A DNA stretch of 64,000 nt from Tubulanus polymorphus (lineage: Eukaryota; Animalia; Nemertea), in the NCBI RefSeq assembly GCF_964204645.1, contig NC_134034.1, positions 5,430,914 through 5,494,913 on the forward strand. The letters run 5' to 3'. The translations under genes and the position numbers were made by a program. The notes under the pieces are model-generated. The model saw nothing but the letters and a program-made list of their open reading frames with translations. It did not search any database and had not been told where the DNA came from. Below are positions 46,080 to 59,804 of the stretch, piece after piece (the stretch's first letter is position 1; each line of letters begins with the position of its first letter).

Positions 46080-46673
46080 TTATATATCAAATTTTTATAA
46101 AAATAAGTTAAAATTCAAAAAGAGTTCGCTGAAACCTTACGTTTTAAAATATTTCTTTACCCTTATTGGTGATATCTTTTATTCTATCTAGAAATGATTT
46201 GTTGTTCTCTCTGTGTACTTGTTTACTCTCCATTTTAATATCAAATTTATTATTAAATTGATTTTAGAAGTTATTAGATTAATATTTTAAGAGGGAATGT
46301 GTTGTTCTAGATTAAAGGTTGAGAGGGCGAGTGAGTAAAAAATTAAAAATAAATTCGAGTTTGCGAGAAAAATATAATAAAGCTGCAGAAGAATACAGAG
46401 AAAAGAGACCAAACTATATGGATTATATCAATAAAGAATTATATAATCAGAAAATTACACATAGAGATTTTCAATCAGTAGATGAAGCTGTGAGTTTATA
46501 TAACGCAGTAACAAATAAAGAAAAATTACATCTATACAAACCTAAGTTATCGGATTATTATACCCCAAGTAAAGAACAACAGAAATATGAAATAATATGG
46601 ATTTTAGGTGGAACAGTTATTGTTATATTTGTTGCATATAAATTTACTAATTAGTAATTTCTTTTCTTAACAA

Positions 46674-47102
46674 ATGGATGATAAAGTTGATAATATTGAT
46701 ATTATTCCTCATGATATAAATAAAACTAAATTAAAATCATATTTGGAAAAACAAATATTAGAATTTGAAAGTGAAAGTGACTTAAAGATAAAAAAGAAAA
46801 AATATTTAAAATCTAAAATTATATATTATTTTATTATTAGTGGTTCAGTTACAATTAGTTCTGTTATAACATTTCTAGCAATATTCAGTCCATTAACACC
46901 TTTAGCTAAATCAATTGACGTGTTAGGATTAAGTTCAAGTGTTTTAACCGGAATAAGTTCAAAATTAAATATAAAAAGTTATAAAGAAAGAATAAAATCT
47001 AATATAAAAGAAATTAATAAATTAGAAAATACATTAGATTATATAATCAGTTTAAATGGTAATATAACAGTTGAAGAACAAGATAAATTATTAAAAGAAT
47101 AA
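46674..47102 (+). CDS. Two-TM protein homologue
   Basis: Highly similar to 17528-17962. Confidence 0.6.
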   Translation: MDDKVDNIDIIPHDINKTKLKSYLEKQILEFESESDLKIKKKKYLKSKIIYYFIISGSVTISSVITFLAIFSPLTPLAKSIDVLGLSSSVLTGISSKLNIKSYKERIKSNIKEINKLENTLDYIISLNGNITVEEQDKLLKE

Positions 47103-47370
47103 ATTAATAATCAATTTTTTAATTATATAAATGGCTATTAGTTATCCAAAAGCTTTCCAATATAATAAATCAATTAAATATAATATTCCTGCAATAGATT
47201 GTAATAAAAATATTTCATATAGAAATGAAGTTTTAAATTCATTAATTAATTGAGATATTTATGTTACTTAAACTAATAATTTTAATGCAAAGATGGAAAA
47301 TATATTTCATGTATATATAATTAATTTTAAAAAAATGAAAGATGAAAAACAATGGTTATTAAAATCTAAT

Positions 47371-48305
47371 ATGAAGTATTGGCAGAACCAATTAAATTTT
47401 GCTGTTTATTGTGCTACAACAGGTGTGGTATAAGTTGGAATGATCATTTGAATAATTCCAAATATAAATTAATTCAAAGTTTATTTAGATTCCATACATA
47501 CTTTCAAATAAGATTAATATTAAATGAATTAGAGACCCCTTTGCCAGGATCTAGATATTTTAAAGAATTAGATAATAATATCAATTTATCAAAGTTTTAT
47601 AAAATTTGTAATGAATTTGATATAGATATAAATCATTCTGATTTTAGAACTAAAATCGGAACAATAAGATCTTTTCCTTGCCCTAAAAAGATTGCAGAAT
47701 ATTGTGCACTTCCCATACCATCTAATCATTTTTATAATATCTATAATAATAAATTAGGTTATGGTAAAATAGAAACTAAGGATTTAGAAACATTAAATTT
47801 CAATAAATTACCGAAATTCTATGATAATTTAAAACAAGAAAATAATAATGGTTGGGTTTATTTCATTTTAGATAATAGTGAAGGTTTTACTAAAACTGGT
47901 ATACAAAGAATAAATCAATCAATTAGAACTTATTTGATATGTATACTAGGCGCTCAAGTTGAAACAAGATTCCCGATAATTGGAAATTTAAATACATCAT
48001 TTGATACACAAAAACAATTTAAAGTATTATTTGATTCTATTCATAATGATAAAAATAGATCGATTCCAGAAAACATAGTTAGGTACCAAAATTATCTAGA
48101 TAAATCACATGTAAGATTAAATTATTGTATAGGGCCTGATGATTCTAAGATAAAAGATTACAATACATCAGAAAATATAAAAACTGATAATATTCAACAC
48201 GAAATAATTAGAACTAATAATGATAATAAATCCCATGAAAATACTAAATTAGCTATAACTTGTATAGGAATTGTAATTGGAGGAATATTATATTCTAAAT
48301 TTTAA
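47371..48305 (+). pseudogene. 382-aa protein homologue with frameshift and internal deletion
   Basis: Homologous to 16123-17271. Confidence 0.85.
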
Positions 48306-48320
48306 TTTTTTATTATATAA

Positions 48321-50018
48321 ATGGATGAAGGAATTCCATTGGATGACATGGATCCTTTAGATGAACCTGGTATAAGTGATGAACCACAACCTGAATTTAA
48401 TGAAACTAGTATCAATAATGATGATGGATCAGCATATAATAATAATTCAAATAATGATGAAGATGACGATCCATCATATAATTCTAGTTTAGCTGATGAA
48501 GATGATGGTGTAATTGATTACGAAACGCATGAAAAATTTAAAGAATATATGACAGCTCCCGAAAGGGAAGTTATTAAACCCATAACATTTAGAAAAGATT
48601 TAATGAATAGATTAGTAAATACAACTGATCCTTATTTGAAAGATCAATTATATGGAATGATAAGTAGAGTAATAGATTCAATTGTTAACGAATTATTACC
48701 AAAAGATGAAATTGATTCAGAAGGTGTTGTAATGCAAATTTTAAAAGATGACCCATTTTTCATGAATAATTAAGAATTTAAAAATGATGCATGGTTTTAT
48801 TATGTTGAATTAAATAACAAAACTGCATCAATACAATTATCTAGAATGGGTCAAGAAAATATTTCTGAACCTGGAATGCTAGCAGGTCTTCAATTGAACA
48901 TTCAAAAGGTGGTACAGAATTTCTCAGAATTATATGGAATACACTCGATAGAATAAATGAAAAAGAACCAGTTGGTATTTATATTCACAAATATTCACCA
49001 TTCAAAAATCCAAATTTAAATCCTACTTATGTTGACCCAGAAATGGAAGAGTATGGAGATCGATTAGATAAATTAAGAACTTCAACACCAGGAACATCGA
49101 GAAGAGATATTCAACAAATTGATAATGATTCAAGCCAATTACAATTAGTAAAACATTTTGATAGCATGTTAGATACAGTTCATTCATTTGAAGAAGAGAT
49201 GAATAGTATTTTAGATACACCTGGTACTAAAACTGGAACAAATCAAATGCCACATTTATTTAAAAAAAGATTACTTGATTTAAATGAAGAACAATTAAAA
49301 ATATTTCCTGAACAAGCACGTAGAGAAATTAAAGGTATGCAAGAATCAGCTGGTGAAATTGCTAATATTAAGATGAGATTTTCTAAAATAACCATGTTAG
49401 AAAAAGAATTAACTAATGCAAATGAAGAATTAAAACAAATAGAATTGAATAGAGATCTTCAAGTAATTGATGAAGTTGAATATGAATGCAAATGATGATT
49501 TAAAATATAACAAAGAATTACAGGAAAAAGAAAGAGATATATTATTGAAATCATATGATCATATGATAGAAAATTAAAAATTATTTTTAAAGATTTAATA
49601 CTAAAACCAAATTCTAAAATATCATTGAAAGATAGAATTAGATTATCATCTAAACTAGAAGGTAACAATTCTTTCAATTCTAACAGCTGTAACTATGATA
49701 TTCACAACAATTGGTTTAGCTATTTCAAATTCATTAAAATCTACGCCTACACCCAATAAACCGGATAAACCTACAAGTCATAATAATTCTATACAAGATA
49801 AAGTTAAAGATGGTTTAAAAAAATTAGCAAAATATCTATGGGAACTATCTAAACAATCTGCTGCAGCTTTACCCGGAGTTATAGCATCAATTGTTGGTTT
49901 TGTATTAAAATCTGCTGGAAATATTATTAACTTTGCTGCTGAACATATAATCTTATTTTTAATTACAGTTGTAAGTGCAATTATTTTTGGGTTAGTAAAT
50001 ATAATAAAAAATAGATAA
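48321..50018 (+). pseudogene. 533-aa protein homologue with a divergent N-terminal half
   Basis: C-terminal ~110 aa nearly identical to A; broken into three ORFs. Confidence 0.8.
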
Positions 50019-50038
50019 TTAATTTTTTTGTTAAATAA

Positions 50039-50945
50039 ATGAGTGGGAGTTATATAAATCCTTCTAAGAATTCTAGAATATCTTATGCTATTAAAGCAGA
50101 GAGATCTCATCATAAAATTACTCATAATCCTTCTAATATTAATCCTGATGAAACTTTATATGTTAGAATCCCGAGATTAACACAAAATACTTTTTATGTT
50201 CCAAATAGTATTTATTTATCAGCTGATATAAAAGTAACTGGCCATGATAATAATTATGTTGTAGATAATGTTGGGAGATATTTGATTAAAAATTAACTAT
50301 AAAGATAGGACCAGAAACAGTTTTCTCATTAGATGATTATAATTTATTTATGCATTATAAAGATTTATGGTTAACAAAAAAAATAGAAATACTATGATAT
50401 TTTAAGGTATCAATTTAGAAAACCATAATAAATTAAGATCAGAAGCTAATAATGCAATAATAACTAATGCTACAGATAATTTGATAAAAAAGATTTATGG
50501 AAGCAAATATAAAATTCCATTAGATTTTGAATTGATAAATAATAATGCACCTTTATATAAATATGCTATTCAAGAAAATATTATATCCGAGATAACATTT
50601 GCTCCTTTAAATGAAATTGTGCTATCTAGCGTTGTTAAAGATATGGGATATAAATTATCGAATATATGTTTAAAATATGATACAGTAACTGATGAAATTA
50701 TTGCTAGCACAATTCAAACTCAATATAATCAAGGATTTTCATTTTTATATGATTATATTGAAAAATTTAAAACTGTAACTATTAATGCAAATGATGAAAT
50801 AATTAATGAGAATATTAACTTCCAAAGAAGATCTATTAAAGAAATATATATAAATATTTTTTACAATTGCAACATATTCTAATGGTGCAATACAGGTTGA
50901 TAAGTATTATAATCCTGAAATAACAAAAGTAGAAATAACTATTGA
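50039..50945 (+). pseudogene. Major capsid protein pseudogene, 3' truncated
   Basis: Homologous to 13176-14423; frameshifts; homology ends at ITKVEITIE. Confidence 0.88.
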
Positions 50946-51637
50946 AATTTAATAAAATGAATATATTAGATTATCGGTGGTATAGAAAAACATTTACAGA
51001 TTATTTCTCGAGTAATGATATAGTTACTGTATTGAAAAAGTTATCTAACTTTAAACCAAATCTAACTTATGCAATGAACTTATTTGAACTTAAATATGAT
51101 GATTTTATAGAATTTTTAAATAAACATCCATCTTAAACTGAAATCGAAAATTTTATTCAAAAAATATTTTCAACAGCAACATTCAATAAATAAAAACTCG
51201 GGAATCATTTAGGAACTATACCAATGACAATGCAAAAGAATATATGGTTAGAAAACAATAACCTTAAAGAAAAATATGAAAATGAAAGAGTAATTTCTAT
51301 TTACATATCGATGACGGGTGTACGAATGGTGCGAATGGTACGAGTGTAATAATATATTATGTACATTATATATGTTGCCCTCGTACACTCATACAACTTG
51401 TACACTCGTACATAGATATATAGTTATTTTAAAAAAGGGGGTTTTAAGCATTCAGGTATCTAATACGTATGTAATATGTATTTAAGTATTTATGTATCTA
51501 ATACGTATCAATCAATATAACCTTTATTATTTTCAAACTTAGTTGAAAAAAAATAAAAATATATTAGTTGAAAAATTAAAATAAATAATATATTTTTTAA
51601 AAAGGGGGTTTTAAGTATTAATGTACCTAATACGTAT

Positions 51638-52292
51638 TTAATACGTATCTAATACGTACCTAATACGTATTAAGGTATCTAATACGTATCTAATACACAA
51701 ATGCAAATACACAAATTCATATTCATAAGGAAATTGTAGTTTCAGAAGTAATTTTGAACCTTTATTACTTTTTAATTTATTCATATATTCATCATGTAAG
51801 TCAGAAGGTATAATTTGATTTTCTTCCAATGATTGTTGCATCGATTTTCTATCTTTATTGTAGAATAAAACTAGAAATCTAATGTTTTCTCTAAAATCTT
51901 TAACAATTGATTTATATTTTTGATTTAAAATCCATGTTGTTATCCCAAAATGCCTACCAGAGAAAGCTAGATAACATAACTCACTTTCTCTAACTTTTGA
52001 ATCATGTAAATTAGCACAATCATCTATAATGAATAATGTATTTGAACCTTTATAAATATCAATTGCTATTTTAATACAATTATCTAAATTTTCTTTCACT
52101 GTTTTAGGATCTAATATAATAAACTTTTTTCTCTTAACTATGTCTCTATTATATGTTTTATTCATTTCATAAGTGGGGCAGAATAATATAAATAGTTTCT
52201 AACAAATCTAATATGAAATGCGTTTTACCACAGTTGATTACTCCAGTAACTAACATATTATGTGGTTCAAATATAAATAAATCTTTATTCAT
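51638..52292 (-). pseudogene. Packaging ATPase pseudogene
   Basis: Homologous to 11344-11955; deletion near the 5' end. Confidence 0.88.
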
Positions 52293-53361
52293 TCATTCTT
52301 TTAATTTTACTAGATAAAATCCATTCATTAAATTTATCATCATACCCTTTATATTTCACCAAAGAATACTTTTTTCCTTCAAGAGTTCTTGTTTTCAATA
52401 CTTTTTTTATTTTATATTCTATTTCATCTGGATTTGGTACAAGTGATAATTCTTGTTCATAAAAATAACCTAATATTTCTTTATCTTTTAAATCTTCTAA
52501 TTTATAAACAAAAGGTTTAGTTAATATTGTCTTTTTAATTTTGAATATTTCTTCTGTAAAATTTGGAGTATAACCTTTATAAAAAGTTTTTCGATATTTA
52601 GATATTCTTACATGTTGTCCAATTTTAAATCTAGGTTCTCCAAAATCATGTGTGACAAATGCTCCATATAAATTATTCCATACTATTTCTTCATTATTTT
52701 CTTTTCTAGCTTGTATAGGTTTCATACCAATACTTGAATGTTTAGAATTATTATAACCTTTCACTAAATCATCTATATATTTATATGTTTCATTAGCAGT
52801 AAAATATTTCCACATTCTAGTTTTCAATGTTTTATTAAATCTTTCTATAATAGATGCTTTTTTATCTGAGTGTGTTGAAAAATATTCTACATCGTTTTCG
52901 GATAATAGTTTTTTGAAATGTTTATTATAAAATTCCTTACCTTCATCGAATTGTATCTTACCTGGAATAGCTTCTTTAAATATTTATTTAAAGGCATTAG
53001 TAACTTCTATACCAGTTTTATTTTTGATTGGAATTGACCATGCGTATCTACTAAATATATCTATAACATTTAATATCCAGAAATATCCTTTGTTGTATTC
53101 TTCTAAGTTCTTCATGTCAATTAAATCTGCTTGCCATTGTTGTTCAATATATGAAACCATTACTTTTCTTGTTGAATAATTTTTATCCATTTTCTTATGG
53201 ATTTGATATGTTGGTTGGTTTTGTAACCATAATCTTAGTTCACTATATTTTATATTTTATTTATCAGATTTAATTTTATCCCATAATTCTGAAACACTAG
53301 AATATGATACTTTACTCTCTGGGTTATAATATAAATCTCTTAAATACTGTTCTTTTTTCAT
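52285..53361 (-). pseudogene. Integrase-chromodomain pseudogene
   Basis: Homologous to 10251-11351; frame breaks. Confidence 0.9.
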
Positions 53362-53852
53362 CTTATTTTAATCCATCAATATTAATTTAGATTTATTTTC
53401 AATGATTTTAACATTTGATCTATTTTCTGGTATAATAGGTTTATCGTCATCATTATTGTTATTAAATTTAGATTTATATATTACACCGGATAATATTATA
53501 ACTGTTACTAATCCAATTGTAATATATAATGTATTATTACTTCCAGCATTAGAAGAATCAGATGGATTATCATTCGAATCAATAACAGATAATTTCTGTG
53601 ACTCATTTATAACAGTTAATTTCTTTTTCTTAGCTCTTTTCAATTCTGAAGATCTTTTACCCAATTCCCTTGCCCATTTAATTTCTTTTCGGATCTAGGT
53701 TTCTTCTTAATATCATCCCTCATTTATTTTACTTAATTTTTGTTCTGATTCAATATCTTCTGATTTATTTTTATCTTTACATACTATAGGTTTAATGTTA
53801 GAAAATGTTATAACTCCAGTAAAATAAATCAATGTCATTATTTCTCCTAATT

Positions 53853-56800
53853 CACGAATTGTTGTGAAAATGAAGATATCTTAAATTTCAAACGTATGTT
53901 TTGTGAACTTAGGTCAGAAATCGAGGTGCTGAACGAAAGATGGACAGATCATTTGAAAAATCTAATTCAAGCAAACATGACAGCAAAATTCTGGTTAATG
54001 TACATGGATATGGTACACATTCTATTGCGATACATCAAGGCTGAGCGTTCAGGGGCATGGGTAGCACATCTCACGGAAGTCGAGAGAATGATCCCATACA
54101 CTATCGCTGTGGGACATTCCAACTATGCATCAGCATTATCACATTATATTGACGATATGAGAAAACTTCCAACAAAATTCCCTGAAGTTTACCGACAATT
54201 TATCAATGGAAATTAAATTTCACAGTCCATCACACCACAAACAAATGTAATGGAGTTTGGACAGACCTGGGTCTGGAACAGTCAATCAACCGCCATGGAA
54301 AGAATCACCTGTTCAAAGGCTTAACAACAAAACCAGTTACCTAAGAGAAATATGTCCAGTCTGACCCATTCCTGGCAAAGGTATCGAATTGTCTCAAGTC
54401 AATGCTCAAAATTAACACCAACATATCTAAAAATCATCATGCCGACACAAAAAAGCAGACTGGAAAAGATAACAATGCTGTCAAAAAGATAATTTCTTCC
54501 TTCAAATCCCAATTCATCAACCCATTTCAGACTACAGACCAAAGCAACATCATCAACATCAGTTCTGGGGAGGTTCTGTTATCCTCCGATTTGGCAAATG
54601 CGCGAGACATTGGTATATCTTCTCTCAAGTCCGCGTAAAACAAAAACCTCATGGCCATCAAGACTCCTGCACTTATGACATTCTCCAACTCAAATAAAGT
54701 GTCTAAGGTGAGCAAGGAGAAAAAACTAGTCAACATATACCAGGATGAAAGTCTCGACACACGTGCATTATGCTTCATGCCCGAAGAGGAAAGTAGCACA
54801 GCATTAACACATGAGTGGACAGACTTCCCATCATCACTCTTTGAAAAAAATGAGAATGGTATACAAATGAAAAAAGGCAATAAAAGTGACTTTACGAAGA
54901 AACTACTTCATGACCTGCCAACATATGAGAGCCTTCCACCTGGTAACAACCAAGCAACCACGTATATAATTGATGCCATGGCACTTATCCACCAGTACGA
55001 AAAATTAAGCGCACCGGATTTTAAAAGTATGGCCGAATCATTGATGAGAAAATTGTTCGTAATCATGCCAAAAAACTGCAAGCAAATACATCTAGTAGGC
55101 GACCGATATGATTTTGGAGAGAGAATTTTGAAAGAAGCAGAGAGAGACAGAAGAAAGAAAGGAAAAACTTGTAAAGAATACTGTGTGCGAGACAACCTAA
55201 AGATACGAGACTGGAAAGTGTTCTTGAGTGTGGATAGAAATAAAGCTAACTTGTTGGACTACATCGCAGAATACATTATCAGAAGTCACGATGTAATCCC
55301 TGTTGGGATAGTATTATATATGATACAACCTTGGCCGCAACAAAACACAGCGTCGAAGAGCCAATAGCTTTCCAATGCAAGGGCCACGAAGAGGCAGATA
55401 CCAGGATTTTTGCTCATCTCCGGTATTCGACTGAGACGCTGAAAGTCAATCGAGCAGTAATAAGAGCCACGGATACCGATATAATAATGCTGGCCCTGTA
55501 CAACAAGACCAAATTGGACATTGGTGAGCTGTGGGTTGAAAAGCCGCTAGCTAATAATTTCCTCCCCATCCATGAGTATGTCAACCATCTCTGTATGAAT
55601 GAAATCGATCCCCATAATGCAATGGTTACCGCTAGCTAATAATTTCCTCCCCATCCATGAGTATGTCAACCATCTCTGTATGAATGAAATCGATCCCCAT
55701 AATGCAATGGTTACGTTACTTAGCACGTACGTTTTGACAGGATGTGACAGTGTCAGTTACCCGTTTCGAAAGGGGAAGTGTCGATCAGCAAGTGTAGCTA
55801 TAAAACTTATTGGTAAATTGTCACATCTGGTTCACTACATGGCAAATAAAGACCATAGCCCAACTGATGAGATTTTCGCCGAAGCTGTTTCTATCTTTGT
55901 GTCGTTGTATGGTAAATCTACAGAACATTTTAAATCATTAGATACTTTGCGTCAGCATCTTTTTGCTTCGAAATCGTCAGATCTACGTTGTTTACCACCA
56001 ACCGAAGATTCATTCAGGCAACACACGTTGCGATCACTTTATCAGCTACTGCTTTACAGGGAATCAGTAGAATATCAACCTATCATCCCAAATCCGACAC
56101 TCTTTGGTTGGAAAGTTACCGATACTGGCACGATGGCACCGGTGTTAATGACAAAGACGGCAAAACCAGTGACAACGTCTCGCAAAGTCTGTAAATGTAC
56201 TGTAAGCATGTGCACAAAAAACTGTTCTTGTGCTCGGGCTAATATACCGTGTACAGTCGGATGTTTCTGTTACGGGTCGGAATGTCGTCGTTAATGTTGC
56301 AGCACATGCCAGGAGTTTTTGATAGCTCGACTCACTATTAGTTTTATTTTTCACCAAATTTGGTGGTTACCGAATAGAACAAATTAATAATTAATGTAGA
56401 GTGAACCCCCAATATACCGCCCTCCCATTTACCGCAACCCCGCCTACCGCCAGGTTTTCTAAATGTACATCTCAAAACAAACACATAGTAAAACACCCCT
56501 AATGTACCGCCATACTCTCTATACCGCCAAAATCGTTCTGCACCGATGTGGGCGGAATATCGGGGGTTGACTGTATTGCAAATGAGAATCTTATGACAAT
56601 TCTACCGAGTTGAGTGGATTACCGGGACCGGTTTACTGTATATTATAACTGATATTTCAAGGAGATACTGACGTTTGCGTGAATCACTGGAAAAACCAAC
56701 AATGGTCGTATTTTTGGTGATGTGCTACATTCACGCTTCTCCAACTTTAAAACATCACTGTGTCCAAAGTGTTTAAGATAATCATCAAGGAATGATATAA

Positions 56801-57266
56801 ATGTGAAGCATTTAATTCCGCAATAATGATTAATGTCTAAAATTACGATTTAGAATTTTTGGAACCGAGCTTTAATACAAAATCCATGAGGTGGTGCCTC
56901 GAAAAAAACGTAAAATTTTCTCAAATTGGATGAAACTTTTTGATTTTGTCGCAGACTTGTACGTAATTTCGTGATATGAATATATGAAATGAAAGCCCTG
57001 ATAAATCTAAATAAAATGAAAAGAGAATTACTTCCATACCTATAAAACTCTTTGTTTTATTCGCAGATTAGTAAATGATGCAATTTTAGTTCCCTCGGCT
57101 GACAATAGGGGGCGTTAAACCATTTTCGCACCACCTGTTACCATGGAAACGACCATCACCAGAACCGTACATGACCCCCCTATCACAAAATAACAATATC
57201 CCAAGCAGAGCAAATGTGTCAATGAGAATCTCTTATTTTGCAAGATAGGATCTGGCTGCTCCTCTA
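53853..57266 (+). mobile_element. 5'-truncated AcademX-like DNA transposon (XPG/PIN-like nuclease plus Cys-rich C-terminus), pseudogenised
   Basis: HEEADTRI, ATDTDI, LTGCDSVS and LPPT motifs; CKC..C..NCSC..CT..C.C...C; ends ...CCTCTA; 85-bp tandem duplication at 55544-55713; interrupts the 200-aa gene homologue. Confidence 0.75.
56399..56573. mobile_element. pogo/Tc1-type MITE
   Basis: TA-flanked imperfect TIR (C/G)AGT(C/G)AACCCCC(G/A)ATAT.CCGCCC. Confidence 0.7.
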
Positions 57267-57983
57267 CTAATTATCTAATTCTTGAAAAGTTATAATTTTG
57301 CCAATAAACTCATTACATTCACCACTAGCAATTAATAATTCTAGATGGTGCTTACATGTTAAATAGTATTCAAAATCAATATTATTATCAACTTGAGCAC
57401 AATTAGAAACAACTATATCTTTATTATCTGTAATACCTAAATCCTCAATTGTCTTTTCAATATCGGTATTATTCTTATTAGATTTCTTTGACATTTATAT
57501 TAGAGAAAAAGCGAAAAAGATATTATAAGTATTCTTCAAATGATACTATTTAGTTAAAGTTAAAGAATTTTAAATACTAGCTATTTGAAGTTATGTAATT
57601 TTTATTCAAATCTATTCAAAATAAAGAATAAGAATAATAAATAAGAATAATAAAGAATCGGTAAAATAAAAATAAAGTATTCTCCTTTTGAAAAGAAATA
57701 ATAGATTTTGAATAAAAATATAATAGAATTTAATATCTATTTGAAGATATGTAATTCTTATTCAAATTTTATCCAATCTATTTTAATCTAGCGTCAATTA
57801 GAATTGCAAAAGAAAATATTAAAAATATAATAGAATTCACTTTATAGTTGAAGTAATTGTTTTTTAAAATACTTTTTATTTAAATTAGGATTCAATATCT
57901 CACTACTATTGTCTATCTATTAGGAGCGGTAAATATAACTGTCCAGATAAGTCATTTCGGATCCTCGATAATAAATCCTCAAC

Positions 57984-58838
57984 TGAAAATCTATTCAACG
58001 AAACACCGGGTGTAATTACTATTTCATAAACACATATATTTATTATGCAAATTGTAGCGATCGAAGATAGAACAATGGAGAACAATAGAAAAGCGGTCCT
58101 AGAAGACCGCTTTTGCTCAGTGCGCATGCGTCAATTATATAATTTATTCTGTAAACTACAACATTCAAACATAGAACTGTAAACAATCAATACAGAATAG
58201 CCGTCACCATTAATAACGACCGAACGACTAATGTACGCGCCACTGCAATTCCGGCATATATGATACAGCATGATGAAACAGCTTCAGTTTCTTGTTATGA
58301 ATATCCATAATTTCTGATTCAAAATCCATCCATCTTCACCTTCTTGATTCAATGGTCTTCATTTTGTTATCTAAAAGATATCTAGCGTAGAAAATAATTA
58401 ACTTGAAGTTGAACCAGGTTTACGCTTAAAATTTAACACAAGTCAAAAAATAGCTTGTGAGTTTAGAAAGTGTCTCCTATCTCACTTTATTACAGCTCGG
58501 AGTATTCCAAAGTCACAGAGCTGTTGTTAAATATATATCAATGCAAATAACCCCTTTCGGGTGTCTCATACTCACAGCGTTGTTGTGAAAATGAATTATT
58601 GTACTTAAATATGTTTAAAGTACCCCCCTGTCCCCACTTTCATAATAACTACAAACAACGGTACTTACATTTTGATTTAGAACTGTATACTGTGTTTCGA
58701 GAGAGAATATCCTATGCTATGAAGTTAATTAATTCCTTACAAATGAAAACAATCATGCGACAGATGTTTTGTAATCAACTATATACATACAGAGCTCAAA
58801 TAGAGTTGCCGGTTTTCTAACCACTGATTAAAACCTAA
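57984..58838. other. Unclassified ~850-bp insertion in the 3' end of copy C's HNH gene
   Basis: HNH homology stops at ~58840 and resumes at ~57983. Confidence 0.55.
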
Positions 58839-59516
58839 GAATGCGGTTGATTCTGCGAGCTACTATTCCATAATTCAACAAATGTCTTTGCTTTAACCAG
58901 TTGATCTAAATATAACTGTAAATATAGTTTGTTAGATTTAATTATATTTTCCTTCTTTTCTAAAGGTCTTAAGTTTTTCCAGCTCCAGATTAATTTCTGA
59001 TTGTGTTCATCATTCATGTTAAATTTAGAAATCGGCAACACATGATCAATGGTGTAATATTCACCATAATTGTTCATATTCATTTCATCATTGAACTGAT
59101 ATATTATCCATGATTTAAAGAATACATCTGTAGAACCCAATAAATTAGAAAAGAAAGTGTGTACGAGTTTTTGTCTTTACTGAATAATTGTGTTAATCTT
59201 TCACCTAGACATTTTCTCATTTTGAAATTAAAATCTGTTTTATACCTTTCGTTTTGATATTCATTAAAATGTTCACGATTATTAGCCAACGTCAATTTTT
59301 TTCATTAAATTTTTCTGGATTATTCACTTGATATTGTTTATTATATAGTTTACTACAAGTTTTACAGTTACTTTGCTTATCATCTTAAGAATATTTATCT
59401 TTATAATATTCTGAAGATTGTTTATCAAATTCACACTTAGAACATTTCTTATAGTATATTTTTACAACACCATTATTATTGTTTATATTTATAGTTTGTG
59501 CTGGTGTACTTTCCAT
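58835..59516 (-). pseudogene. HNH endonuclease pseudogene
   Basis: YTIDHVLP..WKNLRPL; homologous to 8290-8964; frameshifts. Confidence 0.85.
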
Positions 59517-59804
59517 TCATAAAACATATTTTAATTAAAATTGATTAACATGCTAGAATTCTTTTCATAATCTCATTCTCTTTTGACTCCTCTGAAGTCT
59601 TACCATAGAATGCATTATTCATTAACTTGAAAAAATCTTTCTCGAAATCAGTTTTAGCTTTAGTTCTCTGTTTGGTGTTAAAATCTATATATTTTTCTAA
59701 CCATTTAGATTGACTGAATGAAATATATCTATGTACTTTTTTAGGATCATTCCTCGATTCAAATAAAACTTCAACATTCTATAATGTACTATATGACTAT
59801 ATTT

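Larger units (their letters stand above)
39760..46365. mobile_element. Polinton-like copy B: TIR-bounded, degenerate, no pPolB or integrase, carries a Rep-like gene
   Basis: Starts AGTAAAAGGGA with a 153-bp palindrome (39760-39912); 46170-46356 is an inverted copy of ~39842-40033; structural genes homologous to A. Confidence 0.75.

Noticed and set aside
46319-46654. 111-aa ORF as a real gene
   Set aside because: Chimera of TIR sequence and the 3' part of the 140-aa gene across the B/C junction.
41875-47425. ~1-kb duplication around the Rep module as a target-site duplication
   Set aside because: The two copies are clearly diverged and belong to different lineages (B and C).
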